Shown here piece by piece: positions 63,656-64,000 of a stretch of 64,000 bases of DNA. A program made the position numbers and the translations under genes. The notes under the pieces were generated by a model. It was not told where the DNA came from and made no database searches. It was given only the letters and a program-made list of their open reading frames with translations. The stretch is taken from positions 1 to 64,000 of the forward strand of contig JAAILG010000540.1 of the NCBI GenBank assembly GCA_012026655.1. The letters are read 5' to 3'. This stretch comes from Hydrolagus affinis (Eukaryota). How positions within the stretch are numbered: position 1 is the stretch's first letter; every line of letters starts with the position of its first letter.

Positions 63656-63868
63656 GGTGCCCAGTGACTGCTAAGCACAGAGCTACAGTGAGCTGGATCT
63701 TTAGGAACCAGTCCATTCAGGATGTTCCAGGCCTCGAATACAAAATACTAAATGGAGGAAGGGTTCTGGAAGTGAACACATTCTTTGACACGATGACCGA
63801 GCGGTACAAGTGTCTGATTCACAGTGATTCTCGAATTGTTTCTGCCTCCGTGAATGTGAACTTTGTAG
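63656..63868 (+). CDS. ADAMTSL3: exon 23: (G)CPVTAKHRATVSWIFRNQSIQDVPGLEYKILNGGRVLEVNTFFDTMTERYKCLIHSDSRIVSASVNVNFV; Ig 4
   Basis: tcattag|GG...GTAG|gtatgc; 213 nt, phase 1-1; Ig C...W...L.V...YxC pattern. Confidence 0.88.
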
Positions 63869-63924
63869 GTATGCTCAGAATGCAATGCTTTTTTTAAATC
63901 ATATTTCTTTGAATAAGGAATCAT

Positions 63925-64000
63925 AATAATCCTTGCATTTGATGGCGCACTATCATGTCAGTGAGCCATCTCAAAGCGTATCACAGGATACACTGCAAAG
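63925..64000 (-). mobile_element. SINE tail running off the window end
   Basis: ATAATAATCCTTGCATTTGATGGCGC...CTCAAAGCGTATCACAGGATACACTGCAAAG. Confidence 0.75.

Larger units (their letters stand above)
5569..63868 (+). other. ADAMTSL3: ADAMTSL3 (ADAMTS-like 3 / punctin-2) gene body, partial: 23 coding exons, 5' and 3' ends outside window
   Basis: Manual splicing gives a continuous frame of 4372 nt with consistent phases. ADAMTSL3-type segments include RVYIQTRQEKRIHFTIGGRAYLLPKTSVVIKCPIRRFQKSLI, GAFSMDADQFEELLRNVS and YDHFQPLPR, which match human ADAMTSL3 better than ADAMTSL1 as recalled. Confidence 0.93.

Noticed and set aside
1-64000. CRISPR arrays, operons, rRNA or a prokaryotic-type novel system; the many 60-130 aa ORFs in the track
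   Set aside because: The sequence is a spliced vertebrate gene with retrotransposons. There is no regular repeat-spacer array, and the short ORFs are exon read-throughs, repeat translations or chance.

Overview
This window is AT-rich vertebrate genomic DNA, not prokaryotic. The L2/CR1 LINEs and tRNA-/Deu-type SINEs suggest a cartilaginous fish such as a chimaera; that assignment is an inference. Nearly the whole window is the interior of one + strand gene, ADAMTSL3 (punctin-2). I traced 23 coding exons by hand from 5569 to 63868. All have AG/GT boundaries, the phases chain into one open frame (4372 nt, about 1457 codons), and the protein runs TSR1, Cys-rich module, spacer, TSR array, then four Ig-like domains. 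The start-codon exons and the last TSR/PLAC exons lie outside the window. Introns hold 5'-truncated L2 and CR1 copies, many copies of a SINE whose 3' tail resembles the L2 tail, a hAT-type MITE and microsatellites. I found no new multi-gene system. The most notable observations are: (1) an intact fourth Ig domain resembling ADAMTSL1, which human ADAMTSL3 lacks as I recall it; (2) a donor-embedded stop that could give a short punctin-1-like isoform; (3) a ~120-bp inverted copy of nearby DNA sitting in the hairpin loop of a CR1 tail; (4) an in-place micro-inversion inside a SINE. Protein comparisons are from memory of the human paralogues, not from a database search. Repeat boundaries are approximate.
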